Shown: piece by piece, positions 35,834-45,017 of the stretch | Numbering within the stretch: the first letter of the stretch is position 1 | Layout: every line of letters starts with the position of its first letter | DNA from: Planctomycetota bacterium | GTDB lineage: Bacteria > Planctomycetota > UBA8108 > SXIK01 | Direction: 5' to 3' | NCBI GenBank assembly: GCA_965223265.1 | Contig: OZ244999.1 | Location: forward strand, 3,061,092-3,125,091 | DNA: 64,000 nt | Program-made: the position numbers and the translations under genes | The notes under the pieces: generated by a model | What the model was told of the DNA's origin: nothing | Database searches by the model: none | What the model saw: the letters and a program-made list of their open reading frames with translations, nothing else

Positions 35834-36796
35834 ATGATTCACGACCGCTTGAAAGCTTCGTCATTGTTGACGGATGTCATGCCCTCTAGGCAAGAGCGTG
35901 ATGCTCGTCGATACTGGCCAGCAGCGCTCGCCTTGGCGTTGGTCGCGACCGCTGCCCAGCCCCTTTGTTCTCACGTTGGAGAACACAAACAAATCGAAAA
36001 GCTCACGGAACGAATGAAGCGATCGCCTCATGACGCGACGCTCTTTCTTCGCCGCGGTGATCTGTATCGACTTCACGGCGAATGGGTTGTGGCCTTGAAG
36101 GATTTCGAACGAGCGCAGGAGCTCGATCCGAGTCTTTACTCTGTTGTGCTGGTGCGCGGGAAGCTGTTTCTTGACGCCGGTTGTCCGCAACTGGCGAAGT
36201 TCTGCGCTGACGGATATATCCGTCTCGAACCACGAAGTCCCCAAGGATTCTTGCTGCGAGCTAAAGCCCTTGCGATGCTCCACGACGCGTCGGGGGCGGC
36301 GAGTGATTACACGTGCGTGATCGACCGTGTGAGTCGTCGACGGCGACCGCCGCCTGAGATCTTTCTCTCTCGCGCGAACGTGCTTGCAGATGCCAAGCGA
36401 TATACCGAGGCGATCGCGGGGATCGACGAAGGCATTGCTCGACTGGGTTCCGTCGTGACTCTCGAGCGCCGAGCATTGGAGCTCGAGATCGAGTCAGGGC
36501 GCCTTGATGACGCCATGTCGCGAGTGCAAACACTTCTATCGGTGTCGTCGCGCACAGAGACGTGGTTGGCGACCATCGGGGAAATTCACACCCTCGCTGG
36601 ACGTGACGCTGAGGCAATTGCTGCGTACCGACAGGCTCTGCGAGCAATCGACTCGCTCTCGGCACGTCGAAAGGGCTTGGCTGCGGTAGCGCTGCTCGAG
36701 GAGCGCGTCCGGCGTGCGTTGGTGCGACTTCAGACGCGAGTCGATGCCGCACGAGAATCGCACGTTATTTCAACTCCGTCCTCGGATAGCAGTTAG
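35834..36796 (+). CDS. TPR repeat protein
   Basis: N-terminal hydrophobic segment, then TPR-like helical repeats (LFLRRGDLYRLHGEWVVALKDFERAQELDP, FLLRAKALAMLHD..., LATIGEIHTLAGRDAEAIAAYRQALRAID). The stop directly abuts the next ATG. Confidence 0.7.
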   Translation: MIHDRLKASSLLTDVMPSRQERDARRYWPAALALALVATAAQPLCSHVGEHKQIEKLTERMKRSPHDATLFLRRGDLYRLHGEWVVALKDFERAQELDPSLYSVVLVRGKLFLDAGCPQLAKFCADGYIRLEPRSPQGFLLRAKALAMLHDASGAASDYTCVIDRVSRRRRPPPEIFLSRANVLADAKRYTEAIAGIDEGIARLGSVVTLERRALELEIESGRLDDAMSRVQTLLSVSSRTETWLATIGEIHTLAGRDAEAIAAYRQALRAIDSLSARRKGLAAVALLEERVRRALVRLQTRVDAARESHVISTPSSDSS

Positions 36797-38479
36797 ATGA
36801 GTCGACACGATCCTGACCCGTTTTTGGTGTCAACGTCCAACATGATCCGAGCAGCATCCTCGCGCTGGAGAAGGGCTTCGACTCTGAGCTATGCGCTCGG
36901 CTTCACGATTTGCGCCGGCGTCGCGGCCCAGGATGCTTCGATCGTTCGTGGTCCTTATCTGCAGCTTTGCACCTCGGAATCGATTGTCATCCGCTGGCGT
37001 ACTGACGTGCCGACCGATTCACGAGTACGAGTCGGTACTGCTGTCGGCCAGCTGAATAGTGTGCATTCCTCGGAGACCGAAACGACCGAGCACGAGATCA
37101 ACGTCGACGGCTTGACACCGGATACGCTCTATTACTATGCGATCGGTACGGCAACAGAGGATCTCGCTGGCGACGATGTCGAGCATCTGTTCGTCACCGC
37201 GCCGTCGCGAGGAGTGGCAAAGCGTACCCGCGTCTGGGTGATTGGTGATTCTGGCTCTGCTGAACGACCGGCGGAGCTCGTGCGGGATGCCTATCTGCGC
37301 TTCTCGGACGACCGCCTCACCGACCTTTGGATCATGCTTGGCGACAACGCCTACAACAGCGGTACTGACGAAGAATACCAGAATGCTGTGTTCGACATGT
37401 ACCCCAGCTTACTGCGTACGTCGTCGGTGTGGCCGACACTTGGTAATCACGACGGAATCACGGCTGATTCGGCGACGCTCACGGGGCCGTACTACGACAT
37501 CTTCACGATCCCTACCGAAGCGGAGGCTGGAGGCGTCGCTTCGGGGACGGAAGCCTACTACTCGTTTGACTACGGCAATATTCACTTCGTGTCACTTGAA
37601 TCGCATGAGACTGATCGCTCCACGGAAGGGGCGATGATGCAGTGGCTCGTCGAAGATCTGGCCGCAAATGAGAGCGAGTGGTTGATCGCTTTCTGGCATC
37701 ATCCGCCGTACTCGAAGGGTTCGCACGATTCGGACCGGGAGCAACAATTGATCGAGATGCGGCGGAACGCACTGCCGATTCTCGAGGCTGCGGGAGTTGA
37801 TCTCGTCCTTGCCGGACACAGCCATAGCTACGAACGGTCAGTGTTGGTTGATCAACACTACGGCCGATCTCATACACTGAGCTCGGAGATGCTCCTCGAC
37901 TGCGGGGACGGTCGTGAGGAGGGCGACGGGGTTTACCGAAAAGCTCCCGGCCTCACGGCGAACGATGGAGCTGTGTACATCGTTGCCGGTAGCTCCGGTG
38001 GAAGATTTGGGTTCGGCCCACTCGACCACCCGATCATGTTTCTTTCCACGCTCGCTCACGGCTCTGTGGTACTCGACTTTGATGGCTCTCGACTCGACGT
38101 GCGATTTCTGACTGACCAAGGTGATGTCGCGGATTCCTTCACACTCGAAAAAGACCGAGTCGAGCCGAGGGAGCCGGCGGATTGCACATCTCCTGGCGTC
38201 GCATTTCGGCGCGGCGATGCGAACGCCGATGGGAACGTCACACTCCCTGACGCAGTGTGGATTCTCAACGAGCTGTTTCGCGGCGGCGAGTCGACTCGTT
38301 GCCGGCGCGCCTCGGACGTCAACGATGATGCGGCTATCGACATCGCCGACGTCACGTTTTTGATCAACCACTTGTTCCAAGGTGGAGAAGAGCCGAACGC
38401 GCCGTTTCCGAACTGCGGCCTCGACACGACCTTCGACTTGCTGCCGTGCTCGCGGTACCCCTTGTGCGACGAGGGATGA
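36797..38479 (+). CDS. purple-acid-phosphatase-like metallophosphoesterase with C-terminal dockerin/EF-hand-like repeats
   Basis: PAP N-terminal domain (VRGPYLQLCTSESIVIRWRT). Metallophosphatase motifs are VIGDSG, LGDNAY, LGNHD, FWHHPPYSKGSH and AGHSHSYER. C-terminal loops are DANADGNVTLPDAVWILNELF and DVNDDAAIDIADVTFLINHLF. Confidence 0.85.
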   Translation: MSRHDPDPFLVSTSNMIRAASSRWRRASTLSYALGFTICAGVAAQDASIVRGPYLQLCTSESIVIRWRTDVPTDSRVRVGTAVGQLNSVHSSETETTEHEINVDGLTPDTLYYYAIGTATEDLAGDDVEHLFVTAPSRGVAKRTRVWVIGDSGSAERPAELVRDAYLRFSDDRLTDLWIMLGDNAYNSGTDEEYQNAVFDMYPSLLRTSSVWPTLGNHDGITADSATLTGPYYDIFTIPTEAEAGGVASGTEAYYSFDYGNIHFVSLESHETDRSTEGAMMQWLVEDLAANESEWLIAFWHHPPYSKGSHDSDREQQLIEMRRNALPILEAAGVDLVLAGHSHSYERSVLVDQHYGRSHTLSSEMLLDCGDGREEGDGVYRKAPGLTANDGAVYIVAGSSGGRFGFGPLDHPIMFLSTLAHGSVVLDFDGSRLDVRFLTDQGDVADSFTLEKDRVEPREPADCTSPGVAFRRGDANADGNVTLPDAVWILNELFRGGESTRCRRASDVNDDAAIDIADVTFLINHLFQGGEEPNAPFPNCGLDTTFDLLPCSRYPLCDEG

Positions 38480-38622
38480 GCCCGCCTCGGGACTTGAGGA
38501 TTTGCCAAACGGCCGCAAGTGCGCTCCAATAGGAGCATCTGTCGCGAGCTCACGACGTTCAACAGGCTGGTAAAGCCGTTCGCGACACTTGCGATTCTTG
38601 TTTGGTAGGCTTGCGTAGCGAG

Positions 38623-38644
38623 CCGCTGCGGGGGCAGCGGTTTT
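38623..38644 (+). terminator. GC hairpin followed by a T4 tract (weak intrinsic terminator or leader element)
   Basis: CCGCTGC-GGGG-GCAGCGG followed by TTTT. It is about 140 nt after the phosphatase stop and only about 17 nt before the ATG at 38661. Confidence 0.3.
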
Positions 38645-38660
38645 CGTCGTGGGTGAGGTG

Positions 38661-40046
38661 ATGACCCGAGTCATGAACGAGCAACCAATTCTTTCGCAGT
38701 ACGAACGACTCTGTCCAGGTTCGAGGCGTCTTTTCGAGCGCTCTCTCGAACGTTTTCCCAGCGGCGTGACGCACGATTCTCGCTACATGAGGCCGTTTCC
38801 GATCTTTGTTGATCGCGCCATCGGCAGCCGCAAGTGGGACGTTGACGGTAACGAGTACGTCGACTACTTCGGTGGTCACGGCGCGCTTCTGCTCGGCCAC
38901 AATGACCCGACGGTTGTCGAGGCAGTGCAGAGAGCTTTGGAGAGGGGCACTCATTTCGGCGCTTGTCACGAACTCGAGCTCGAATGGGCTGACCTTGTCA
39001 CCCGGATGATCCCGAGCGCGGAGAAGGTGCGATTCACGAGTTCTGGCACCGAGGCAAGTCAGCTCGTTTTACGCCTCGCTCGGGCTGCCACGGGGCGACG
39101 GCGTATCGTGCGATTCTTAACGAATTTCCACGGTTGGCATGATCAAGTGGCGTTTGCTCAGAAGGCATCCTTCGATGGCTCGCCGCCGGCGGGTGTTCTC
39201 TCTGAGACGGTCGAACAGATCGTCGTTCTGCCGCCAAATGACCTCGATGCCGTCCGCCAGCTGCTCGCCGAAGACGATGACGTCGCGGCAGTGATTCTTG
39301 AGCCGACCGGAGCGAGCTTTGGACAAGTTCCCACGGATGCCCCGTACTTGAAGGGACTTCGCGAAGTCACTGCACAGCATGGAGTGCTGTTGATCTTTGA
39401 CGAGGTGATCACGGGTTTTCGCTGCAGTCCCGGCGGGGCTCAGGGGTTCTACGAAGTGAAGCCCGATTTGACGCTCTTGGCCAAGGCGATGGCAGGTGGC
39501 TATCCGGGCGGAGCCATCGTCGGGAGTGCCGATTTGATGGACTTTATGAGCTTTCGAGATGGCGACGTCGAATGGAATCAACGCCACCGTGTCGCGCATC
39601 AAGGTACCTTTAACGCCAATCCTGTTTCCGCCGCCGCGGGAATCGCGACGCTCAAAATCATTGCGTCAAGTGACGTTTGCGAACGTGCCACCGCCGCCGC
39701 GTCGCAACTGCGCGATGCGCTCAATGACGTGATTCGCGAGGGGGGATTCAACTGGCTGGTCTACGGCGAGTTCTCCGGCTTTCACCTCTTGGTGCCACCG
39801 GAGGATACTGCGGTCACGCTCGAGGATATTTACTCAGGGAGCGTGCATTACTCCGCGCTCAAGAAGGGACCGAGTCAGGGGAGCGTTGATTTGCTGCGCG
39901 CTGGCTTTCTCTGCGGAGGCGTCGACGTCGGGTCGTGGCCGGGAGGTTGGGTGTCAGCTGTCCACTCACCCCGAGACATTGATGCCTCGGCCACCGCGAT
40001 GCGCCGGCTGATTTCGCTGTGGAAAGGTCAGCCAGCGCCAGCGTGA
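38661..40046 (+). CDS. class III (PLP fold type I) aminotransferase, glutamate-1-semialdehyde aminomutase-like
   Basis: VDYFGGHGALLLGHN, LIFDEVITGFR, and the PLP-Lys context PDLTLLAKAMAGGYPGGA. Confidence 0.8.
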   Translation: MTRVMNEQPILSQYERLCPGSRRLFERSLERFPSGVTHDSRYMRPFPIFVDRAIGSRKWDVDGNEYVDYFGGHGALLLGHNDPTVVEAVQRALERGTHFGACHELELEWADLVTRMIPSAEKVRFTSSGTEASQLVLRLARAATGRRRIVRFLTNFHGWHDQVAFAQKASFDGSPPAGVLSETVEQIVVLPPNDLDAVRQLLAEDDDVAAVILEPTGASFGQVPTDAPYLKGLREVTAQHGVLLIFDEVITGFRCSPGGAQGFYEVKPDLTLLAKAMAGGYPGGAIVGSADLMDFMSFRDGDVEWNQRHRVAHQGTFNANPVSAAAGIATLKIIASSDVCERATAAASQLRDALNDVIREGGFNWLVYGEFSGFHLLVPPEDTAVTLEDIYSGSVHYSALKKGPSQGSVDLLRAGFLCGGVDVGSWPGGWVSAVHSPRDIDASATAMRRLISLWKGQPAPA

Positions 40047-40125
40047 AGACGTTGATGTTGAGGTCAGAGGGCGCCGCACTATTCGCGAACCGGCAGCGCT
40101 GGCACGGCCATCGGGGCTGGCGCGG

Positions 40126-40953
40126 ATGCTGACCCTGCCTGAGCTTTTTCCAGGTTACTTGGAGTATGCCGGCTGTGCGTTGATTCTGGTCGGCGCCCAG
40201 ATCGTTTATGCGGCGGTCGGTTTTGGTGCTGGGATCTTTGCTATCGCCCTGGCGGCGCTCTTACTGCCGGACTTGCGCGGTGCGGTGGTGACTCTGTTTC
40301 TTGTCAACGTCGCCATCGAAATCGTCATCCTCGGGCGCATTTGGCGTTTCGGTCGAGTGTGGTTGCTTGCCGGGCTTGTGCCGACCACCGCGATCGGGCT
40401 CTGGCTCGGGACGCGGCTACTTGGACGCCTACCGGTGATCGATCTGAAGCGAGCGCTCGGTGTCGTGATCTCCGCGGCAGGCATCTGGTTTTTCGTTAAC
40501 GATCAAGTGCGCGCCCGGCGGGCGGTGGCCTTGCCCGCCGACGCCCAGCGCGAACCGTCTTTGTCTGCGCGTCCTGCCGGTCGCGTCGTCGACTTCTGGC
40601 TGCAGCTCCCCGTTGGGCTGCTCTCCGGAACCCTCATGGGTCTCTTCGGCACTGGAGGGCCGCCCGTCGTCGCCGTTTTGAAAAAGTTCCGGCTCGATAA
40701 GGCATCGTTTCGAGCGACGCTCATGTGGTATTTCTTGATCATGGGCACCGTGCGCGCTGGTAGCTACATTCACGCTGGCTTGATGACGAGCGCCGAGCTG
40801 AAGGCGGCGCTTTGGCTGTTGCCTCCATCACTGCTCGGCGCGCGTCTCGGCATGGCAGTGCATCGACGGCTCTCGGAGCTCCAGTTTGAAACTGCGGTGT
40901 CGACGCTTTTGATTCTTCTGGGGGCTATGTTGACCTTCGGCAGTGGCCGGTAG
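40126..40953 (+). CDS. TauE/SafE family anion (sulfite-type) exporter
   Basis: 275 aa with about 8 TM helices and two-repeat topology with Gly-rich helices (GFGAGIFAIALAALLL, LMGLFGTGGPPVV). Confidence 0.65.
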   Translation: MLTLPELFPGYLEYAGCALILVGAQIVYAAVGFGAGIFAIALAALLLPDLRGAVVTLFLVNVAIEIVILGRIWRFGRVWLLAGLVPTTAIGLWLGTRLLGRLPVIDLKRALGVVISAAGIWFFVNDQVRARRAVALPADAQREPSLSARPAGRVVDFWLQLPVGLLSGTLMGLFGTGGPPVVAVLKKFRLDKASFRATLMWYFLIMGTVRAGSYIHAGLMTSAELKAALWLLPPSLLGARLGMAVHRRLSELQFETAVSTLLILLGAMLTFGSGR

Positions 40954-41006
40954 CACGAGCGAGGAAGATGCGCCCGACTGTCTTTTCGTGCGAGCTTCGA
41001 TGCCTC

Positions 41007-41273
41007 TCAGAGCCCGCCGCCGATCGCTGCGACGACGTGCACCTCGCTCGCGTCCTCGATTCGAGCCAGGAGCCCCATCGTGGAGATGTTCCCGTCGATC
41101 GAGACTGCCAGTCCCCGGGTCAGTCGATCGCCGTCGATCAGTCGCGCGCCGATCCCTGGGAAGCGTTCGTCGAGTGCGCGAATGACCTGGCGGAGCGTGC
41201 CGCCCGGCACCTCGACCTTGTCGATTCCATCGGTGATGTCACGCATCTGCGTTGGGATGTAGACCGTCGCCAT
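41007..41273 (-). CDS. MoaD/ThiS/CysO-like ubiquitin-fold sulfur-carrier protein, C-terminus ...AAIGGGL
   Basis: ATG 41273 gives an 88-aa product: MATVYIPTQMRDITDGIDKVEVPGGTLRQVIRALDERFPGIGARLID...LAVSIDGNI...EVHVVAAIGGGL. This resembles the CysO / archaeal MoaD-type pattern. It starts 34 nt downstream of the Mo-subunit stop on the same strand. Confidence 0.6.
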   Translation of the reverse strand: MATVYIPTQMRDITDGIDKVEVPGGTLRQVIRALDERFPGIGARLIDGDRLTRGLAVSIDGNISTMGLLARIEDASEVHVVAAIGGGL

Positions 41274-41307
41274 TCGCTTTTCGTCTGGGCACGCCGAGCA
41301 GGCGGCG

Positions 41308-43593
41308 CTACGCGAGTTTTTTGCCGTCCTTCTCCAAAACGGCAGCACACACCTTGTGTGGCGCCATTGGCAGATCGCGCAGACGCACTCCGGCTGCGTG
41401 ATAGATCGCATTGGCGATCGCTGCAGGTGGAGCGACGATGGGCGTCTCGCCGACGCCGCGAACGCCATAGGGATGGTCCGGATTCGGCACCTCGACAATG
41501 ATGGTGTCGATCATCGGCACGTCAAGGCACGTCGGCATACGGTAGTCGAGGAAGGTAGGATTCGTCATGCGTCCTTCCTCGTTGAACATGTACTCTTCAT
41601 TGAGCGCCCAGCCGATTCCCTGAACCGCTCCTCCTTGCATCTGCCCTTCGACGTAGCTCGGGTGGATCGCCTTGCCGGCATCTTGAATCGCCGTGTAGCG
41701 CAGAATCGACACCTTACCGGTTTCGGGGTCGACCTCGACGTCCACAATGTGCGTTCCAAATCCGTTGGTTGACCCTTGCGGATTGACCGCGGCACGACCG
41801 ATGACGGGACCACCGGTTTCGTTGAGCCTTGCGGCCAGTTCTTTGAACTCGAGGCGATGGCTGGCGCCGTTCGAAAACACGCCGTCTTCAAAGGAGACGT
41901 CAGACGCGTCGCACTCCCACAGCATGGCCGCACGCTCTTTCATCTGCCGCGCGATGTCGATCCCGGCTTCGTACGCGGCCAGGCCTGTTGAGAAGGTGAC
42001 CCGACTACCGCCGGTAACGTCCGTATATCCGACGCTGTCGGTGTCGACGACCTTCGGGTGGACGTCTTCGGCCGGAATGCCGAGAGACTCCGCCAGCTGC
42101 ATTGCAACGGACGTGCGCGTGCCTCCGATATCCGTCGAACCTTCGAGCAGACCGACCGTGCCGTCAGGATTGACGTGAGCCGTGACGCTCGACTTCAGGC
42201 CGATGTTGAACCAAAAGCCGCTCGCGATTCCGCGACCGCGATTCGGGCCTTTGAGCTCTGACTTCCAGTGGTCACTTTCGCGAGCCGCTTCGAGCGTCTC
42301 GATGAGCCCGACACGAGGGTACACCGGTCCGTCAACGCGTCGAGTGCCTTCCTTCGCAGCGTTCTTCAAGCGCAGTTCGATAGGGTCGATGCCGAGCGTC
42401 TCCGCGAGCTCGTCGACGACGACTTCGCACGCGAACGCTGCCTGTGTCGCGCCCGGGGCGCGGTAGGCCTGGGTCTTCGGCTTGTTCTGCACGACGTCGT
42501 AACCGTCGACGCGCGCGTTGGGGATGTCGTAGCAGCTGAAGACGCACATGCAGCCCGGCCCGATCATACCGCCGGGGTAGGCCCCAGCGTCATACGCCAG
42601 CCAAGCGTCAGCGGCGACGAGTTGACCGTCTTTCTTGGCGCCCAACTTGACACGCATGAAGGATCCGGGGGTCGGCCCGGTCGCCTCAAAGACGTCTGCG
42701 CGCGGCATGGTGATCTTGACAGGTCGCCCGCTTTTGCGGCTGAGGATGGCGGCGACAGGCTCGAGATAGACAGCGATTTTGCCGCCAAAGCCACCACCGA
42801 TTTCGCAAGGAATCACGGTGACGCGCGAAATAGGGATCTGGAGCAACTCGGCCGTCTGCTGTCGTGTCGTGAAGGAGCCTTGCGTCGAGGCCCAGACGGT
42901 TAGGTGGCCGTCAGAGTTCCACAGCGCGGTGGCGACGTGGGGTTCGATGTATCCCTGATGAACGCTCGCTGTTTTGAACTCGCGTTCAATCACGACGTCC
43001 GCCTGCGAGAAACCTTGATCGATGTCACCCTGCTCGAAGTGTAGATGCTGCGAAATGTTGCTCGGCTTGTCGGCGCTCTTTCCCATTTCATCGGTAAAGA
43101 CGTCGTCATGCAGCAGCGGAGCGTCGTCCTCCATCGCGTCGAGCACCCAAGTCACTGCCGGTAGGACTTCGTATTCCACCTTGATCAGTTCTGCGGCCTC
43201 TTCAGCGGCGTGAACGGTTTTCGCCGCCACTGCGGCAACGGCGTGTCCTTTGTAGAGGACCTTGTTGTTGGCGAGGACATTGGCTCCCAGGTGGGCGAGG
43301 TTGACGGCACCTTCACCGAGCTCGGCGATCTTGTCTTTGAGATCAGGGAGATCTTTCCCGGTGGCGACGGCGACGACGTCGGGATGCTTCTCTGCGGCGG
43401 ACGTGTCGATCGACGTGATCTTGGCATGTGCGTGTGGGCTACGGACGACCCAGCCGTAGACCATGCCAGGTAGCTGAACGTCATTACCGTAGACCGCACG
43501 ACCTGTCATCTTGTCGACGCCATCGTGGCGTACGGGGCGCGTCCCGAGAACCTTGTACTCTTTTTTGCTGGCTGCGTCTTTTGTCGTCGTCAT
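41308..43593 (-). CDS. xanthine dehydrogenase/aldehyde oxidase family molybdopterin-binding large subunit
   Basis: ATG 43593 overlaps the small-subunit stop (ATGA). Family blocks are CEIGGGFGGKIAVY, QAYRAPGATQ and GVGETPIVAPPAAIANAI. Confidence 0.9.
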   Translation of the reverse strand: MTTTKDAASKKEYKVLGTRPVRHDGVDKMTGRAVYGNDVQLPGMVYGWVVRSPHAHAKITSIDTSAAEKHPDVVAVATGKDLPDLKDKIAELGEGAVNLAHLGANVLANNKVLYKGHAVAAVAAKTVHAAEEAAELIKVEYEVLPAVTWVLDAMEDDAPLLHDDVFTDEMGKSADKPSNISQHLHFEQGDIDQGFSQADVVIEREFKTASVHQGYIEPHVATALWNSDGHLTVWASTQGSFTTRQQTAELLQIPISRVTVIPCEIGGGFGGKIAVYLEPVAAILSRKSGRPVKITMPRADVFEATGPTPGSFMRVKLGAKKDGQLVAADAWLAYDAGAYPGGMIGPGCMCVFSCYDIPNARVDGYDVVQNKPKTQAYRAPGATQAAFACEVVVDELAETLGIDPIELRLKNAAKEGTRRVDGPVYPRVGLIETLEAARESDHWKSELKGPNRGRGIASGFWFNIGLKSSVTAHVNPDGTVGLLEGSTDIGGTRTSVAMQLAESLGIPAEDVHPKVVDTDSVGYTDVTGGSRVTFSTGLAAYEAGIDIARQMKERAAMLWECDASDVSFEDGVFSNGASHRLEFKELAARLNETGGPVIGRAAVNPQGSTNGFGTHIVDVEVDPETGKVSILRYTAIQDAGKAIHPSYVEGQMQGGAVQGIGWALNEEYMFNEEGRMTNPTFLDYRMPTCLDVPMIDTIIVEVPNPDHPYGVRGVGETPIVAPPAAIANAIYHAAGVRLRDLPMAPHKVCAAVLEKDGKKLA

Positions 43594-44078
43594 TTGGATG
43601 ATTCCTCCGCCAACACGCTCGCCGCCGCCTGGACGGCGCGAACGATCTTGTCGTAACCAGTGCAGCGACACAGATTCCCGGAGAGCTCGAAGCGGATTTC
43701 TTGCTCGCTGGGGTTCGAATTGCGATCGAGCAGAGCTTTAGCCGTCATGAGAAATCCAGGGGTGCAGATACCGCACTGCAGTGCAGCCCCCTCGAGAAAG
43801 CACTGCTGCACGGGATGCAGATGCCCGTCGTGGGCTAATCCCTCCACCGTGACGATCTCAGCTCCCTCAGCCTCGACGGCCAGCACGATGCAGCTGTCGA
43901 CCGGCTCGTTGTTCATCAGCACCGTGCAGGCGCCGCAGTTACCGTTGTTACAGCCTTCCTTCGTTCCGGTGAGCTTGAGCTCGTCACGGAGCGCCTCAAG
44001 AAGGCTTTGATGAGGGGCGCAGAGGAATTCTACCGCTTCGCCGTTGATGGTGGTGGAAACGTGAGTCTTTTTCGACAC
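43590..44078 (-). CDS. (2Fe-2S)-binding small subunit of the Mo hydroxylase
   Basis: The two cluster motifs are GCNNGNCGACTV and QCGICTPG...LCRCTGY. Confidence 0.9.
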   Translation of the reverse strand: MSKKTHVSTTINGEAVEFLCAPHQSLLEALRDELKLTGTKEGCNNGNCGACTVLMNNEPVDSCIVLAVEAEGAEIVTVEGLAHDGHLHPVQQCFLEGAALQCGICTPGFLMTAKALLDRNSNPSEQEIRFELSGNLCRCTGYDKIVRAVQAAASVLAEESSK

Positions 44079-44141
44079 CGGTTTGCTTCCTTGATCGTTC
44101 TCAGGTGAAGAGTTCTTCCGACTCGTGACACAAACGGGGCA

Positions 44142-45017
44142 TTAGGCCTGCTGCGCCCTCTCGCAAGCTTTGGCGAGAGCTCGGAACGTTAGGACTCCGA
44201 CAAGGTGGATTCTGTATTCGCGCGGCCCGCGTAGATCGGTGATGGGGTTGGCGACGCTCTTGGCGCGCTCAGCAGCATCGCGAAAGCTTGCTTCCGTGGC
44301 AGGTTTGCCGGTGAGCCAGCGCACCGCGTCGTCGGGTACAACTGGCGTTGGCGCGACGGCGCCGAGGCCAATTCTGACAGCGTCTACGGATTTGCCATCG
44401 TCACTGAGGCGGAGCCAGGCTCCAACACCAGCGACGGCGATGTCCATTTCGTTACGAGGAATGAACCTCAAGTAGTGCGAGCCGCTTCGCGGGGATGGTG
44501 GCGGAAGGTCGATGCGCGAGAGAAACTCTCCCGGCTCCAAGACATTGCGTCCTGGTCCAGTACAGAACTCCGCGGCGGGAACTGCTCGAGTCCCCGAAGG
44601 GCCGACGATCGTACATGACGCATTCAGAGCAATGAGCGCCGGGATCGAGTCGGCAGCAGGTGACGAGTTGCACAGGTTGCCGCCTATGCTTGCGCGACTC
44701 TGTATCTGCCAGCCACCGATGATGCGAGCCGCGTCTGCCAGTGCAGGGTAAGCCCTCGAGATCCGTTCGTCGCGGTAGATTCGGATGCAGGGGACGGTCG
44801 CCCCGAGCCTCAACCCGTCCTTCTCGGAAAACTCCAGTTCCGTAAGTTCCGGAATGTGTTTGAGGTCGACGACGAGGTCGGCGCTGCGTTGGCCCTCACG
44901 GAGCTGCACTAAAAGATCAGTACCACCGGCGAGAAACCGCACACCGGTCGCCTTGGAGCGCAGCAGACCGATGGCCTCGGGGAGCGACGCTGGGGCTGCA
45001 TAGTCGAAAGTTTTCAC
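44142..45017 (-). CDS. FAD-binding (CoxM/XdhB-like) medium subunit of the Mo hydroxylase
   Basis: FAD_binding_5 style N-terminus MKTFDYAAPASLPEAIGLL...FLAGGTDLLVQL, with a CO-dehydrogenase-flavoprotein-like C-terminal domain. GTG start. Confidence 0.85.
   Translation of the reverse strand: MKTFDYAAPASLPEAIGLLRSKATGVRFLAGGTDLLVQLREGQRSADLVVDLKHIPELTELEFSEKDGLRLGATVPCIRIYRDERISRAYPALADAARIIGGWQIQSRASIGGNLCNSSPAADSIPALIALNASCTIVGPSGTRAVPAAEFCTGPGRNVLEPGEFLSRIDLPPPSPRSGSHYLRFIPRNEMDIAVAGVGAWLRLSDDGKSVDAVRIGLGAVAPTPVVPDDAVRWLTGKPATEASFRDAAERAKSVANPITDLRGPREYRIHLVGVLTFRALAKACERAQQA

Noticed and set aside
41274-41498. The N-terminal extension of the MoaD-like ORF (track 41007..41498) and the overlapping plus-strand ORF 40968..41501.
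   Set aside because: The extension overlaps the 3' end of the Mo-subunit gene and is Arg/Cys-rich nonsense. The ubiquitin-fold homology begins exactly at the internal ATG 41273.
41308-45017. Calling the M-S-L operon an aerobic carbon monoxide dehydrogenase (coxMSL).
   Set aside because: The large subunit shows the generic QAYRAPG region rather than a CODH active-site loop signature, and no coxDEFG accessory genes are present. Only the family-level call is justified.
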